Positions 24,891 to 40,655 are shown, counted from the first letter of the stretch. The stretch: DNA of 64,000 bases from Octopus vulgaris (GCA_951406725.2 OX597814.1:26040001-26104000), one strand, 5' to 3'. Notes: generated by a model from the sequence alone, not told the origin. Program-made: numbers and translations.

Positions 24891-25584
24891 TGATATTTGG
24901 TTCGATAAATTTTTAAAAATTTAATAAGAAGTATATAAAAGTACATATACAAAAATATAATATAAATGAATTCAACAGGGAGCATACAATTGGAGATATA
25001 AAAATTAAACCAAGAGGCAGTATCCAACAAGATAATTTTCAAATAGGACCAAAAGATCAAAAGACCACAAATAAAAGCTTATGGACCCTAATTTTAATAA
25101 CATTTTCTAACCATGCCTCAAATTACTTTCTATCCCAAAGAACTGTAGTAAAACCAAAGTGATATTCAAACCTACAAAAAAAGCACATGCACATAAGCAA
25201 TAACATACTAAAAAGTTACACAACTGTACTCACACAGCTATATACTTTTATACCCATTAATGTACCTATTGACCACACAGAATCAGACAGTAACGGACAC
25301 ATGAACATATATGTATATGCATAAGTATAAATATATACACACATAAAATGCATACAAAAATACACAATACAAATACATATACGTACAAATGTATGCATAC
25401 AAATACACACACAGATGTCCCTATAGTCGCATATATATACATGCAGATCACACCAAAAGCATATATATATATATATATAAATATATATATCCACACAGAC
25501 ATGCATATAGAGATAGATGCACATATATACAGAGTAAATCCTGTACTGATACACACCTATACAAGCACATTCAGCTGCACACAT

Positions 25585-25860
25585 ATACAAGATGGGCTTC
25601 TTTCAGTTTCCATTTTACCAAATCTTCTCACAAGGCTTTGGTCTACCTGGGGCTATATAGTAGAAGACTCTTGCTCAGTGTGCCACACAGTGGAACTGAA
25701 CTCAGAACCATGTTGTTGAGAAGCAAGCTTCTTACTGAATACCCATGCTTGCATCTATGTATTGGAATGGTGCTCATCACAACCGTGTTGCTTGCCAGAT
25801 CCTGTCAAACCAGCCCATACATGCCAACATAGAAAACAGACACTAAGTGATGATGATAAT
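25585..25860. mobile_element. CORE-like SINE head (minus) followed by a short RTE tail (plus)
   Basis: Motifs shared with 28801-29213 and with the RTE tails. Confidence 0.7.
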
Positions 25861-27299
25861 TATGATTCAGGGTTTTACTGAAGCAGAAAAACATCACAAA
25901 CTGTTACTCCACGTTTCATGTAATCGATCATCTGACAGAAGTGAACTTTTAGAACAATCCAGTGGTTTTAAACTGAGCAAGGAGAATTAGTTGGCAAATG
26001 ATCAAATATCTATTTAAAGTTGACTGGATGCAGGTTTGTTGCATTTTAAAATGAATGGAAGCTACTGGATAATTAATTTGAATATTGATGAAAATAATAT
26101 AAACATTAACAAGAAGTGTAATAAAACTTAAATAGATGAAGTTTATAACATTGGTGCAGTGAAATGGTTATATCTACTGCCAAGGAAAAAATTACAGGTA
26201 GGAACTTTTTGAAAAATATGAACAAAGTAAGTCTATAATGAATTTTTAAATGAAAATAAAGGCAAACAATATCTTAAATAAATTTGAAAATTAGCTATGG
26301 AACAATGGGAGTGAAAGTGACTTTATATAAGAAAAAGAAAGAGTGAAGAGATAAAAGAGGTTTATTAAGGGAGATATAAACTTTTCACACACAACACAGA
26401 AAAACACTGATGCATAATACCAATTTTGAAGAAATAGATAAATGTTGGGGAGAGTAGGTGAAAATGAGCAGAATACATATATTAGACATAGAAATTAAAC
26501 AGAGAGAGTTTAACCATTATCAAATTATGTCATGTGTATTATTAAAAGCTAGATGAATTAGCCACTTAGAATTATATTTCTGACAAGAGGCACAAAAAAA
26601 AATTCTGTAGTAAGTATGATTTCATAATATATAAGCTGGTAATAAAATTCCTGATCAATCCCTTCAGAGCTTTTGTTTCACTCATTAGGAAATAAAGTTT
26701 AAAAATGTCAAAATTATATTAATTTATTTGATATTCTACTATTTTATTTAGTCTACAGCATTTGACCAGCTTTCTATACTATGATAGAAGCTCTGTACTT
26801 CAATAACTGCAGGGAAAGTGAAAGTAGGTAGGGCAAGAATCTATAAAGTTGACATTCTAGAAAGGAGAGATTGAAATTTCAAAGTTTGTTGAGTAAAATA
26901 CAATTGATATGATGAGACAGGAATTGCACATATAATCCTAGTTCTGGAAAGTAAAAAGTGTTGTAGTAACAGCAGCATGTCTAGAGCAACTCAAAGTAAC
27001 TATAACAAGATGGTTAAGAATGGTGGTAGGAAAATCACTAGATTGTAACATGATTAGGGCTCAGTAGGGATTGTAAAATGTTGATGGGGTTTGTAAAAGT
27101 AACACGTTTATAGGGTGTAATGATTGAAGCATGCTGGATGGCAGCTGTAATTGTAGAACTTTGGGGATTAGAATAGTAATTACAGTATTCTAATGGGAAG
27201 AGTAGCTGTTGTAGTATGTTGGGTAGGAGCAGTGATTATAGTACCCATATAGTATGTTGACATGGCCAACAGTTTTTAGGAGAGAAGGCTAGTCTATAC

Positions 27300-27425
27300 C
27301 ATTGACCCCAAGACTTGAGTGTTACCTAATTTTTCAACCCTAGAAACGAAAAGCGAAGTTGACCTTGACTGGATTTGAATTCAGAAAGTAAAGAGCTGGA
27401 ATGAATGCCACAAGGTGTTTTTTTT
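27300..27425 (-). mobile_element. Old SINE-like repeat fragment (related pieces at ~29350-29560, 33050-33180, 42230-42360, 50590-50780)
   Basis: Recurring AAGTTGACCTTG...GATTTGAATTCAGAA motif or its reverse complement. Confidence 0.5.
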
Positions 27426-28800
27426 TCCACCACTTTAACAGTTCTTCTGGCATGTCCTTAGGAGCAATAGTAATTATAGGATACTTGTGCAGTAGAAATT
27501 ATAGCAGCATATAAATGGAGGGAGTAGTGGTTGTAGTATATTGGTGGAGGCAGTACTGATTATAGGCTAGTAAATTATAGCATGCTGGTAAATGTAGATG
27601 TGTGAATCCATCAGACAGTTTTCTTTAAATGTGATCCGAAATGCTTATGTGGCTAGCAGTTATCTCAATCTATATATGTAAGCATTACTTAAATGTGGGT
27701 TTCAACTGATTTTGAATATGGTCAATAAATGTCAAAGTATTTCTGCCCTTGATCTAAAATTTAACATCTGAAAGGCAATTTTGACTATGTTATAGATTTG
27801 GGTCAACATAAAATGGTATCAGAGACTGTGAAGCCTGATATTTTTTAAAGAGTAAGACCAGTAATTAGAAGAAACTAAGAAATCTGCACTGGCAGACTTG
27901 TGTCTGTAATGTCAGATCTATGTCCATCCTCACAACAACTGAACTTATTAACACCTAAAATCTTTGGTGGTTTTATATTCAAGATAATTTCAGTTGTGTG
28001 TTATTCCTGACTAACAAAAATTTTATCATTGCAAATATTTATCATTACTACATTTTAGTGTTGTTGAATGAGTCTAGAGTGCTGTGACCTTCACTTAAGA
28101 ATCTTACCAAGATCCATCTTCACTGAAGTCTCCATGACAAGAATGAAATGTATAGAGAGCATAACTGAGGAGGCCCATAATTTATCTACTTCAAGTACAG
28201 TGGAGATAAAGGCTGAAATTTATCAAAGATTGTTGTCTAATACTTTATTTTATTAATATAAAATATGAAATTACTAAAAGCATTCAAACCATTCTGGATC
28301 TGAAGTTTACAACATCTATTTCTTACATAATTTCTGCATCCTACTTCATGTTACGACACATACTGAAATTGGATGACTTTTATGTGAGAAAATGTTATTT
28401 TTGTTATTAGTAATTGTTATCATATCAGGAAATCAGCTGTCAAGGAGTTAAGGGGTTTTATAGTCACTTCTGGAATTCTACTTGTACTCTTAGAGATTTT
28501 ACTTAAACGCATAAAATAGATATTATTTCTTTCTTAGAGAGCAGCATTCATTTACATGATCTTTGTTTTCAATTGTCAGATTTTATTAGATTATATAATT
28601 TATTTCCAGTTGTGGGTACTCAATAGATTTAACAAGTTCTAGTTATAAAAGTAAGTTACTAATATTCAAGTATAATAACATTTTGGGGATTAAATTTTTT
28701 ATCTTTTCTATGCAGTCATTTCTTTCATTTTCCATGGGTCCTCAGTTTTAATAGAAAGCTTTACTTTCTGACCATTTTTGTTGAAATATTACTAGTAACA

Positions 28801-29213
28801 TACTCTCTTTTACTCTTTTACTTGTTTCAGTCATTTGACTGCGGCCATGCTGGAGCACCACCTTTAGTCGAGCAGATCGACCCCGGAACTTATTCTTTGT
28901 AAACCCAGTACTTATTCTATCGGTCTCTTTTGCCGAACCACTAAGTGACGGGGATGTAAACACACCAGCATCGGTTGTCAAGCAATGCTAGGGGGACAAA
29001 CACAGACACACAAACATATACACACACACTTATATATATATACATATATACGACAGGCTTCTTTCAGTTTCTGTCTACCAAATCCACTCACAAGGCATTG
29101 GTCAGCCTGGGGTTATAGCAGAAGACACTTGCCCAAGATGCCACGCAGTGGGACTGAACCCGGAACCATGTGGTTGGTTAGCAAGCTACTTACCACACTG
29201 CCACTCCTGCGCC
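28801..29213 (-). mobile_element. Full-length tRNA-headed SINE (CORE-like family)
   Basis: Minus-strand head AGGCGCAGGAGTGGCAGTGTGGTAAG (A box) ...GGGTTCAGTCCC (B-like), CTTGGGCAAGTGTCTT, and a GAGTAAAAGAGAGTA tail. Confidence 0.9.
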
Positions 29214-32200
29214 TATTGAAAAATAAACAAAAAGGAACAGAGTGCAAAACATTCATATTGTGTATGATGTTCCACTTTTAGAAACGGCTGTACCAGGCTA
29301 TAGTTTAACTAAAAAACTGAATTATACATTGATGTTTAAGTAGTATAGAGTGAAATAGCACATCAGTCAAAATGCCTGGTGATATTTATTTTCTGGTTTC
29401 TTGCATTCTGTGTTCCTATCCTACCAAAGTCAACCTAGTCTTTCTGGGTCAATCAATAAAGTACCAATCTTTTGTGGTGGACTGGACTGGCAGAATCATT
29501 AAGTCTTAGACAAGATACCTGGTAGTATTTGTTCTGACTCTTGGCATTCTGAATTATAATCCCACTATTTCAGGTGAATAAATTCAATCCAATCCTCAGG
29601 TGTTTTTAGCATATTCTACTTTTGTTACAAGCTTTTGGGCTAGGTCTGAAATCTGAGTGTACCTCTCTTTTCTCTCCCCACTCCCCCCTTCCTCCCAGTA
29701 GTCTTAGAGGCTCTGGAAAAGATTATGGGCACTATCCTTCCCTTTTGACTAAACAATAAAAAAAAAAAGAAAAACAATGACTTTGCCTTTAGTCACTTGT
29801 TACCCCTACTTATTTCCTTTAGCTTTTACTTCTCTCTTTTATATTAGTAAAATGTAAAACAATGAAATTAATATGGATTCTACATAAATTAGAACAGCTT
29901 TTAATCTGCCTCTGAATTTTTATGTACTCTTTATGTATACAACCTAAATACACTGCAGTTAAGTCAATGTGAGTATTAGTCATTTTATTTTCATCTTATA
30001 CCTTAATTAAACTCCATTTTATAATAATACTTGCACACATCTTTGTCCTTTTTATCAAAGTATTACACACCCACTTTTTCTCAATTATATCTTTAATATC
30101 TTTACCAACTATTTAGTTATTCTATACACATCATTGCCTTTTCTCATTAGCACATTTGAGTATCACATTCACTAGTTCTCTTCTTTGCTATACTTTATAT
30201 TTTGTCTCTAATTACAGCTTTCCTATTTTATCCTGTCTTTTCATCTTTACATTCATTTCCCTTCTCTCTTACTGCTTGATCTCTCTTGGCATTCAGCCAT
30301 TGTGATTATTGCTGTCTTGCATGACCCTTGCTCTATGTACAAACTTCTTTTCTATCTTGCTTATTTATCCCATGTTGTTACTTGCTTCTTCTTACTTCCG
30401 TAAGTCTCACTTGCAGCTGCTGAACAAAATCTAGTCATGATATAGTCATTTTCTAATATTTTCACTTATTAATTTCATGCTTTCTATGTTCCTTTATGGT
30501 TGTAAATGTCATGTTATATGCTTTAACCTTCATGTCGGTGCCATATTCTGGAAATATCCCAAAGGTTTCTTTAGCTGAATTCTTTTAAAAAATTAACAGC
30601 TATAACTTTTTAACCTTTCTTTTTATTTAATTTAATAGTTCCTATTCCTATTTACATACTGTAAATTTGAATATTTGTTAAATAGCTTTATTTTGTTTTT
30701 AATTCAGAAGTGTTGATTGTGCCAATCGATTTAGGTTTTATGATTTGAGTTCTTCAGAAATCTAACCTAGAACCTGTCTTCAGAAATCATGTCAGAGAAC
30801 CTATCATTTACAAAGATGTAAATAAGTAGAGTAAAATAACTTGCCCTGGGTTACCCTGAAGTATACTAAGCTGAATGAGAAATGTTTTCATAATGAAAAT
30901 CCTAGCTTTGCAATCAACACTATCATCTAAGTACAAACCAGTAAAAGATTAGATCAGAGAAATTGTTGAAAATAAAAGAGATCTGAAGTCTTCTCTGTTT
31001 GTTTTAATTACAAAACACATGTGAACAGAGTTTTAATGACATGCTAATTTATTTATCTAAACTTTAACTGTTTTATCACTTGTCTTAAATTTGATGTTAT
31101 TTACAAGAACAATTTGTGAATTATTCCTAAGAAAGTTTTTGCTAAATTTACATTATCTCCATTCTGTAGAATATTAAAAAATAAGTTTTCAAATTACAAA
31201 ATATGCCTTTAAACAAAAGTCAAGCCTTCTTTTCTATATTCTCTTTCCAATATATCCTGACTACTGTCAAATGTAATAAAACATATTCAACATTGTCTAT
31301 TACATACTATCAAACAAAAACGCTGCCAACCTCCAGTAAAAATTGTTAACCATGAGCCAAAGTTGGGAACAGTTATGACTGTAATAGTACAAGGTTAACT
31401 AATTAAGTAAAATTTAGTAGCCTCAGTCGTTGTCATCATCAACATCATCATCATCATTATCATTTAACATGTCTTTCATACTGACATGGGTTTGACAGTT
31501 CCATCGTATCCAATGAGGTACAGGACTGAGTCATATTCCAATGTCTACTTTGGCATGGTTTCTACAGTTGGATGGCAGCAGCTTCAGTGCGATCATCTTG
31601 CAGCTTACAAGACTATGGAACTGAAGTGGTGCCTATAAGTAAGCAAGAATAGAAGGAAGAGTGTATGATGATTTTAGATGGGGTGATAAGGGAGGAGAAG
31701 GTAAGATGAGAAGAATAGATTTATAATTGTGAGAAGGTGGTTGTGGAGAGAGTAACTTAAGTAGATACTGTTGGGGGAGAGTATATGACAGAGAAAAGAG
31801 AATAGGGAAGGGATAGTGTCAGAGGTTGTTGAGAAAGGGAGGAATAGAATGGAAAGGTTGATAAGACAGGTTGTGCAGGGCTATCCTACATTATAAGAGT
31901 GAGTGTGGATGGAAGGTATATTGGAAATGGAGAAATAGACATGGGTGGTGAGAAATTATGAGAGAGACATTGAAGAAAGAGTGGTGTGGAGGTCATGAGG
32001 GGTAAGCTAGAGGGAGAGAGATTAGAGAGAGTGATGAGGAGACAGAGAAGCTGTGACGAAGGAACAATGAGAGGATAAGAGGCAGTGAGTGAGGGAGTAA
32101 TAGATGAGTACAATGAGAGCAATGAGGAAAGGAAAAGCTGGATGGTACCATATAGGTATAAGGCTGAATAGTGTGATAAACACAAGAGGAGGTTGTTTTT

Positions 32201-32883
32201 AAAGCGAAATGAAGTAGATGATGAAGATGTGGCCTGCCCAGGTGGTGGATTAGAAATTATTATTGCGTACATTACATTCCTTTCACCTTTGGGAAACATA
32301 TGAACATTTCAACTCTGATTCTGGAATTCATGCTTATGTAAGAATCAATTATTTCCTTGTGACTCCAGCCGTTACTTTTCCATTAACCACGATGATGCAG
32401 ATAGCTCTGAATTTTACAAGTGCTAATTCAATTTATACAATGCAATAGAATAAAATATTTCCACCTTTTTTTTATATTTTCCTGAATAGTAAAAGCTATT
32501 ATTTTCCCAAAAGTAAAAGCTTTACAAATTTTTCAAAATTATAATATAAAATTAAATGCTGTTTCGTATTGTGTGCACATGCAGGAAAATAATAAAATGA
32601 AAAGTTAATTAAAAGGAGAAAATGCAACCATACAATTTGCAATAGAGACTGCTCTAATAGTTAAAAATAACTAATCAAAACTGTTAGTCAACTTGCACAT
32701 TTGAAAGAATAATGATATAAACTGCATATGCCTATAGATACATAATATATATATAGATGAATAGATAGGTATGTAGGTATGTATAGATATATATGGAGAG
32801 AGAGAGACAAAGAGAGAGAGGGAGGAAGAAAGAGAGATCGATAGATTTTGATTTGTGTAGCTATCTATCTGTCTATCTATCTA

Positions 32884-32919
<36 letters not shown>

Positions 32920-33394
32920 CACATTACATAATTGAAAATATACACAGGCATACATTTATGTCAATATGTAGGTGGAACCATTCAAACATAGCTTAATAAC
33001 AAACAGAATATTCTAAAAAGTTACTGTCATTGGACTTGAGAGCTAATTCCATAGCATCAGTAGGGCATATAGTCTCAACATACTTGGTTCATATCATACC
33101 AAGGTTGACTTTGTCTTAAATACCTTCAGAATAAATCAAATAATCATCAGTAATGTTCTAGAATCAATTCAGTTGGTTATAGAAAATATAGTTCAGATGT
33201 TTGTGCATGCAGTATAGCCAAGTGATTAAGAAATTCACTTCACAATTGGTTTCAATTCTGCTGCATGACATCTTCGACAAGTAGCATTTTATTTAATCTC
33301 ATGTCAACCTTGAGAGAGAAATTGGATTGATGGAAACTATGTAGAAGCCCAACAAATGAATTGTACCTAGGCATATAAAGATGCCAGCATGGAT

Positions 33395-33555
33395 AGGTGC
33401 AGGAATTGCTGGGTGAGTAAGAAGTTCAGTTCCCAATCACATGGTTTCATGCTCAGTTTCACTGTACAGCTCCTTTAGCAAGTGTTTTTTTTTATCATAG
33501 CCTTGGGCTGAATAAAGCCTTGTGAGTGGATTTAGTAAGCAGAAATTCCATCATG
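33395..33555 (+). mobile_element. CORE-like SINE head fragment, diverged
   Basis: AGGTGCAGGAATTGCTGGGTGAGTAAG...GCCTTGTGAGTGGATTTAGTA. Confidence 0.7.
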
Positions 33556-33834
33556 TGTATACGTGTGTGCATGAAAATACCTGTGCTCCTTTGGTAGAAA
33601 GGAGGGAACTTGGAGATTCTGCCCTGTCATGCATTGTCACATTGATCCTGTTTGAGATTTGTATTTGTGACATAGTATACATGTCTGTGGAATATTCTTT
33701 CACTTACACTAATGCAGAGAATCTGGTTATTTAGTCAATCAAACAACTGTAGTTGAATTAGTTCAAATTTTTACAGTGCTGTATACAAACTCCATTTGGG
33801 ATCAACTTTGTTTTCCATCATTTGGCATATGTAC

Positions 33835-34358
33835 TAGTGGGGTGCAAAGAGCACCATATGAGTGTGATCGTTGACAGAGCAGCTAACCAGCTTCCGTGCC
33901 AGTGGCACATAAAATGCACCATTCAAGTGTGATCGTTACCAGCATTGTCTTACTGGCACTTGTGCTCGTGCTAGTAGGGTGCCATGAGCACCATCCGAGC
34001 ATGATCGTTGCCAGAGTGGCTAACTGGCTTCCATGCCGGTGGCACATAAAAGGCACCATTCGAGCATGATCATTACCAGCATTGCCTTACTGGCACCTGT
34101 GTCGGTGGCATGTACAAAAAGATTCGAGCGAGGTCATTGCCAGTACCGCCTGACTGGCCCCCGTGCTGGTGGTACATAAAAGCACCCACTACACTCTCAG
34201 AGTGGTTGGCGTTAGGAAGGGCATCCAGCTGTAGAAACTCTGCCAGATCAAGATTGGAGCTTGGTGCAGCCATCTGGTTCACCAGTCCTCAGTCAAAATC
34301 GTCCAACCCATGCTAGCATGGAAAGCGGACGTTAAATGATGATGATGATGATGATGAT
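33835..34358 (+). mobile_element. RTE 3' UTR with tandem units and (GAT)n tail
   Basis: Repeated GCACCAT..GAG..TGATCGTT units and the conserved tail. Confidence 0.9.
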
Positions 34359-34399
34359 AAAATGAAAAAATTTATATAAAAAAACTGGTACCTCATTGG

Positions 34400-34698
34400 T
34401 AGAACAACTAGTGTTCCAGTTGATCAGATCAATGGAACAGTCAGCTCATTCAATTAATGTCCAAGTGGCTGAGCACTCCACAAACACACATTTCCTTAAT
34501 GCAGTTCTCAAAAAGATTCAGTGTGCCACACAGAACATGACAAAGGCTGGCCCTTTGAATTTCAGTATAACTCAGTTCTACCATCTGAGAATTGGAGCAA
34601 TAAAGTGTCCTGCTCAAGGATACAACACACCACCAGTAATCGAACTTATGACCTAATGATCATAAGCCAAAAACCCTTACCACTAAGCTATGCACCAC
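34400..34698 (-). mobile_element. Diverged copy of the SINE at 55898-56227
   Basis: Shares GTGGCTGAGCACTCCACA, CAAGGCTGGCCCTTTGAA and TGCTCAAGGA. Confidence 0.8.
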
Positions 34699-36000
34699 CA
34701 CTAAAAATTAAAAAAAAAACAAAAAAGTCTATATATATTGAGGGGCAAAGAGTTGATTCATGACTGATATTCTTTCTCCTTACAAACCTTACAAACCTCA
34801 TCGTTGTACATTGCAAAAATAATAACAACAATAAATAAATCAGATTTTTCACTATCTGTTCACTTCTTATCATCTTAGCAGTGGATGTCACCAGAGATTC
34901 TACCATGAAGCAGCTACATTCTATATACAGATAGAATCCACACTTTTCTGCAGATATTTTCTGTATTTTTATTGTTTTGTGTTTGTGGAGAGAGGGAATG
35001 AGAAATTGTTATTTTCTTCATGCTGTTTTGCTTAATTCATTTATATTTTTACTTGGTGGGTACATTTTATATTATATGATTTTTCATATATATATATATG
35101 TGTGTGTGTGTGTGTATATATATAATATTATATATATATATGTATATATATGTACATACATACACACGTGTACACACACACAAGCATATATATATATGTA
35201 TGTATATGTATGTATATATTTATATATGTGTGTATATATATATACACACACAAACACATATATAGTAAATTGTATGTTTTTATACATATGTCTGTGGAAG
35301 TTTACGTAAATGTGTGTTAACATGAATGTGTGTTTGTATTTATCTTTATTAGTAGATATGTGCATGCTTATATATATATTTGTATATGGAATAATACATA
35401 TGCCTTTGTATACTTCCACCTTGTGCTTATGTATTTCAATGTATGCATGTGAACATATGTGTATTTATTTATATATGCATAATGATATGCATGCAAGTAT
35501 CTGTGTGTGTATTTAGTATGCACATATTTCTGTATGTAAGAATGTGCTTTGCATACCTGTGTGCTTATATGTGTATCATGTTGCATGCATATGTAAGGAA
35601 CTATGTATGTGTCTTAGAATTTATGAGTGTGTCAAACTTCCTCTAATTCCCCTCACCCCAGCTTCCTATCATGTGATATCCATAGACCCATTTGTCTTCT
35701 GCCTTTGACTCACCAATCCTAAGCCCACCTCTTGTTTGTTGTGTCAAGGTAGTACTTACTACAAATCTTTCATATCAACAACAGGAGCATCACCCTGACA
35801 CTACCACCTCCACTACTGTCCACACAAGCCATCAGCAGCAAACACTGCTAACTGAAATCCCCCACACACACACCACCACTATTTCCACCATCACTTACAG
35901 ATTCCAAAACCAGAAACATATATCATCACTTCCAGTGCACACTACTATGGGAAAAACCATGCCATCACCATCAGCATGCAAAGTACTCATCCCTAACATA

Positions 36001-36049
<49 letters not shown>

Positions 36050-36609
36050 CACCGCCAGCAGATTCATCTTTTGTCATATATGTTCATCATCACAAACATA
36101 CACTACAAGAAACACAAGCCACCAGCACTAGAAGACAGCCAACTCAAATGCACCCGTCCCACACACCACTACTACACACTAGCACTACACATCACACATG
36201 GCTAAATCTACCATCACCACCCCACCATCACACATAGCTATTGATTGGTATTTTCAGCTATGGTCATCCTGTTTTTATTTTGTGTCAAAACAAAATTTTC
36301 TTCTAGCAAAAAAGCAATGACCATATCTTTCACAGATCCTTCGAGAGTGATAGTTTTGTTCAGCTTGACCATCTGTATTTTAAAGAAAAGTATGTTAGGA
36401 AAAACATAAGTGGAAGGGTATTCCAAGAGGTTGATGGCTAGAGATGATGGATTACATAAATTGTTAGTATTGGGCTTGGAGATGAGACACAATACAGGTA
36501 ATATGAGAGACTAATATATCAGATGGCTCTGGGTAGAAGTACTATGCAACTATCTAATTCAGGAAAAAAAACTAAGATTCCAAACTTCCTTTTAAGGTTT
36601 TGATATCAT

Positions 36610-36810
36610 CGCTGTCATCATCATCAGCAGCATCAGCATTATCCTCATTAGTGTTCGTTCTCCATGCTGACATGGGTTGGACAGTTTGAGAGAAGTAGCA
36701 AGCTGGCAGGCTGCACTAGGCACCAGTCGTCCCTTGTGGCATGGTTTCTACAGCTGGATAACCCTTCATAATGCCAAACACTTTACTAAGTGTACTGGTT
36801 GCTTTTGGTG
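36610..36810 (-). mobile_element. Old RTE tail fragment
   Basis: CCATGCTGACATGGGTTGGACAG...TTTCTACAGCTGGAT. Confidence 0.75.
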
Positions 36811-38842
36811 GATGAAAGAAAGACTGTTTTGAAGGAGGTTTTTCTGAAAGTATGCAAAATAAGTAGATAATATGAAGGCTTTCTACTTCTATTACAATTG
36901 CTTACATAAATACCATGGTGAATAGAGGATTTCTGTGAACTTGACAGGGAACTAGAAGACTCTACTGTACTTTGAGAGTTGTGAGAGCTTCCATGCTATA
37001 CAATCCATGAAAGGTGTTTTGTTTTTTCAATGATAGTATTACAAAAGTAGCAATGTTGAAGAAATCCATTCTTTGGAGAGAATTTGGTGATTGTTTCTAT
37101 ATGTTGTTTGTATTCATTGCATATACTGTTGAAATACTACTGTGAGCCAACCATTTGAGAGATTTAGTTTATGACTTTGGTTAAATGAGAGGGAGATGTG
37201 AGGGGATATGCCTAAGTAAGAGGATGGCTTTGGTCCCTGCATGGATGTTTTTGATGAGTCATAGATAAAGCAGATTTTCTTCCAGGAATACGAAGCTTCT
37301 GGTGGAGGAACAACTAGATCGGTAATGTAGGTGTGATTGCCTTTCAGTATTGAGTATTGTGTAGTATGGAGGTATGTAGTAAGTAACTGTAATTAAGCAG
37401 AGAAAATAAAAGCAGGAATAGTAGAAAAATATAACTGGGTTTAGAAGCCAGAATGAGATCAAGCATAATTTTTGTGTTTTAGAAGTAGATGTCTGTAAGT
37501 GATGAAACTATTATAATTATTGTAGAGAGGTTAGGATGGCAAAGATCCAGCATATTAACACCTGCAGTGTCAGTATGAGAGGTGTGGGAAAAATAAGGAG
37601 CGATGTAATTATTTATGTTGCCATGGTTGATGATTTTAAGAATGGATAAAGGGATATAGGTATCCTTGGTCTTGAACAAAAGATAGACAAGCTGTTTTGG
37701 GTGGTTGGGGAATGTAGAGAATGTAGGAAGTAGGAAATCAATTTAGAGAAAATTTGAGCCATTGCAACTGGAAGTTTTTAATGCTTCTATCCAGATAAAA
37801 GAATTGAAGATTTGGGAGAGTAGATTCTACATATTTCAGATACCATCTTTCAAAGTGAACCTGGAATATAGACTGAAATCTAGGCTACAAAGATGAGTAA
37901 GAGTTAAAGATTAAGATATTTGCATGTCAGTGAGGCATGTCAGTTTGTCAGTTTGGCATGTCAGTTTGGCTTGCATGTTAGTGAAATATGGGGGCAGGTG
38001 CTGCTTAAACTAAAACTCATGTATTTCCAAATCTAGAAAGGAGAATTAACCAATGAATTGAGTGCTATTCATATTGCACTGTGTTTCATTAACTATTTAA
38101 TGTCGTTTTGATGGTTGATGGGAAAAGGGACCATTACTGTTGAGTTTTTGATTATCACTACTGCAATCCCTATAAGTAGCCCAGCCAAATGTCAGTGGCC
38201 ACTGGTGGGACCTTCAGAAGTCCTATGATCCTGAGGGTAGCCTGGAGTTAGAAATCATAGTAAAGCAGGAGTGGTTATGCTGTTTAAAAGAAATGATAGT
38301 GAGAAAATTCTACTCAGTAGTAATCTAGAGTGTATGACAGTGTGATTTTCCTAAAGCGAGAAAACAGTATGTTGGTAAATGAAACACGTACACCAGTACA
38401 AATGAGTGATGAATTTAGAAAATGTGATTATGTAATGTAAAGGGTTCGATAATCTTATTTTATTATTTGTTTCCTGCTAAACAAACAGCCTGAAAAGAAA
38501 ATAAATTGACCTTAGGATATAAATGGTACTTCTCAAAACAGCAGGAAAATCCAAATGATTTTATTGATGACAATGATGATGATGCAAATTTAGTCACATT
38601 AACCACATTGGCTTTCTGTGTGTTATTTCCAAATATTGTTATTCTTAGAAAGTACAATTCATGTCTAAGGTTGGCTATGTCTTTATCTTTGAAGAGTGCT
38701 CATAAGTAGTTGGAGAGTGATTAATTTCTGTTTTTCATCTCATTTCTAGTTTCAGTATGGAGTCCTTGTTGCCTGTTATTTCTAAGAACATCTGAAATAT
38801 AGGATCTCAATATTATGTGACAAGTATTTTAGTGTTTGTGCA

Positions 38843-39060
38843 AGTGAAGGCACATAGCTTAGTGGTTAGGGGATTCAGTTCATGATCCTAAGGCTGTGAG
38901 TTCAGTTCCTGGTGGCTCATTATGTCCTTGAGCAAGACAATTTATTTCATATTGCTCCACTCCACTCAGCTGGCAAAATTGAATTGTACCTGTCAAACAG
39001 TCCAACTCATGCCAGCAAGGAACAAGAACATTAAAAACTGAAGATGATGATGATGATGAG
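38843..39060 (+). mobile_element. tRNA-SINE 5' part fused to a short RTE tail
   Basis: TAGCTTAGTGGTTAGGG head, then TCCAACTCATGCCAGCA and (GAT)n. Confidence 0.7.
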
Positions 39061-40463
39061 TGACTGTATAATGTGGTATATATGTAAGTGAACTCTCAGC
39101 ACATCATTGGTTGCTTTATTTCTGCAACAAAAGATTTTCATCGAGCAATCCACTTCCTGAAAATGGTCAGTTACTATTAATAGTATATGTCTTGCATTTA
39201 TTTTAAACTTCAGTATCACCTTTGATGTTTAGCTGATGCTAGTCTCACTTTTCATAAGCTTTTCCATCATCTCTAACACAACCATAATGTATTACTAAAG
39301 ATCAAAGGAGATGTCTGCAAATGATCGTATTCTCAATGTCGCTTATGTTGCAAAGATTTGGGCATTATACAGGAGCCTACTATAAGTCCTTGACAACTTT
39401 GTCATAGATATGTACAATATGTGACCTATTCTTAGTGCAATTTATATGAAATTGAAACCTTCCCCAATCAAAGTATTTAACCAGTTTTGGTTGGTCAAAT
39501 AGAGTATGTGTATAAAGGAGTCAAGAGTACATAAGCAATCCTGTGTAGAAGAAATAAATACCAGATGTATTATGGTTCATGTGCCAACTTCCATCCACCT
39601 CAGAGACAATCTAAACAAAATTCTCCATGGTATGTAGATGAATGTCAAGTTCTGGGACTTACTATCACTGACTTTCAGAGATGCTTATGTTTCACTGTAG
39701 CTGAAAGAAAACAGATTCCAAAGTATTAATGAGAAGTTGTTTAATGCAGACATGCTTCAATGTCAGTGACATGAATACATTCATCAAACTTATGCAGTTA
39801 CCTGGAAAAATTCACACACAATTCTGTAGTTGTAACTATAATGACCACTAGTTTCTCCAATTCCAATTTTCACTTTACTAAATTCTGCTGTAACTACACA
39901 CAGAAACATCACACATGTTTCCCTCTTGAATGCCAAAAACTCATAAGTTAAAATCAGATGGAGGTGCCATCATAAAACTACATGCACCTAATCACACACA
40001 CACACATATGCACATGCATATATATGTATATATATGTGAGTGTGAAGATATGTATTTGTATATATGTATGTATGTATGTGTGTGTGTATGTATGTATGTA
40101 TGTATGTATGTATGTATGTATGTATGTATGTATGTATGTATGTATGTATGTATATGTATGCATGTGTACATACATGTATGTGTGTATACAGAGGGAAAGG
40201 GTGAGAGAGTGGGAAAGAGAGAGAGGTCAATTTGTGGAGAGAAATATGCTCATGCATTCATAGGTAAAAAGGCATATATAATAGAATATATTGCATATAT
40301 ATATATATATATAGTGTGCATATGTGTGTGTGTCTGAAAGGAGAAACACATACAAGAAACTGTTAAGGCACAGCAGATACACCTACCTTTCTATTCCTGT
40401 ACATGTATCTGTGTGAGAAATTGTATGTCAGAGAGATAGAGAGGGAGACAAAGAGAGGGAGAA

Positions 40464-40508
<45 letters not shown>

Positions 40509-40594
40509 AAGACTGAGAGCCAGAGACAGCAAAGGATAGGAAGAACAGACACATACACACACATATATATAAAACTAACCATAAATTTGTTTGC

Positions 40595-40655
<61 letters not shown>

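Noticed and set aside
36240-37700. Possible very old LINE remnant on the minus strand
   Set aside because: Only isolated hints (YLG, YIPP); no ordered motif set.
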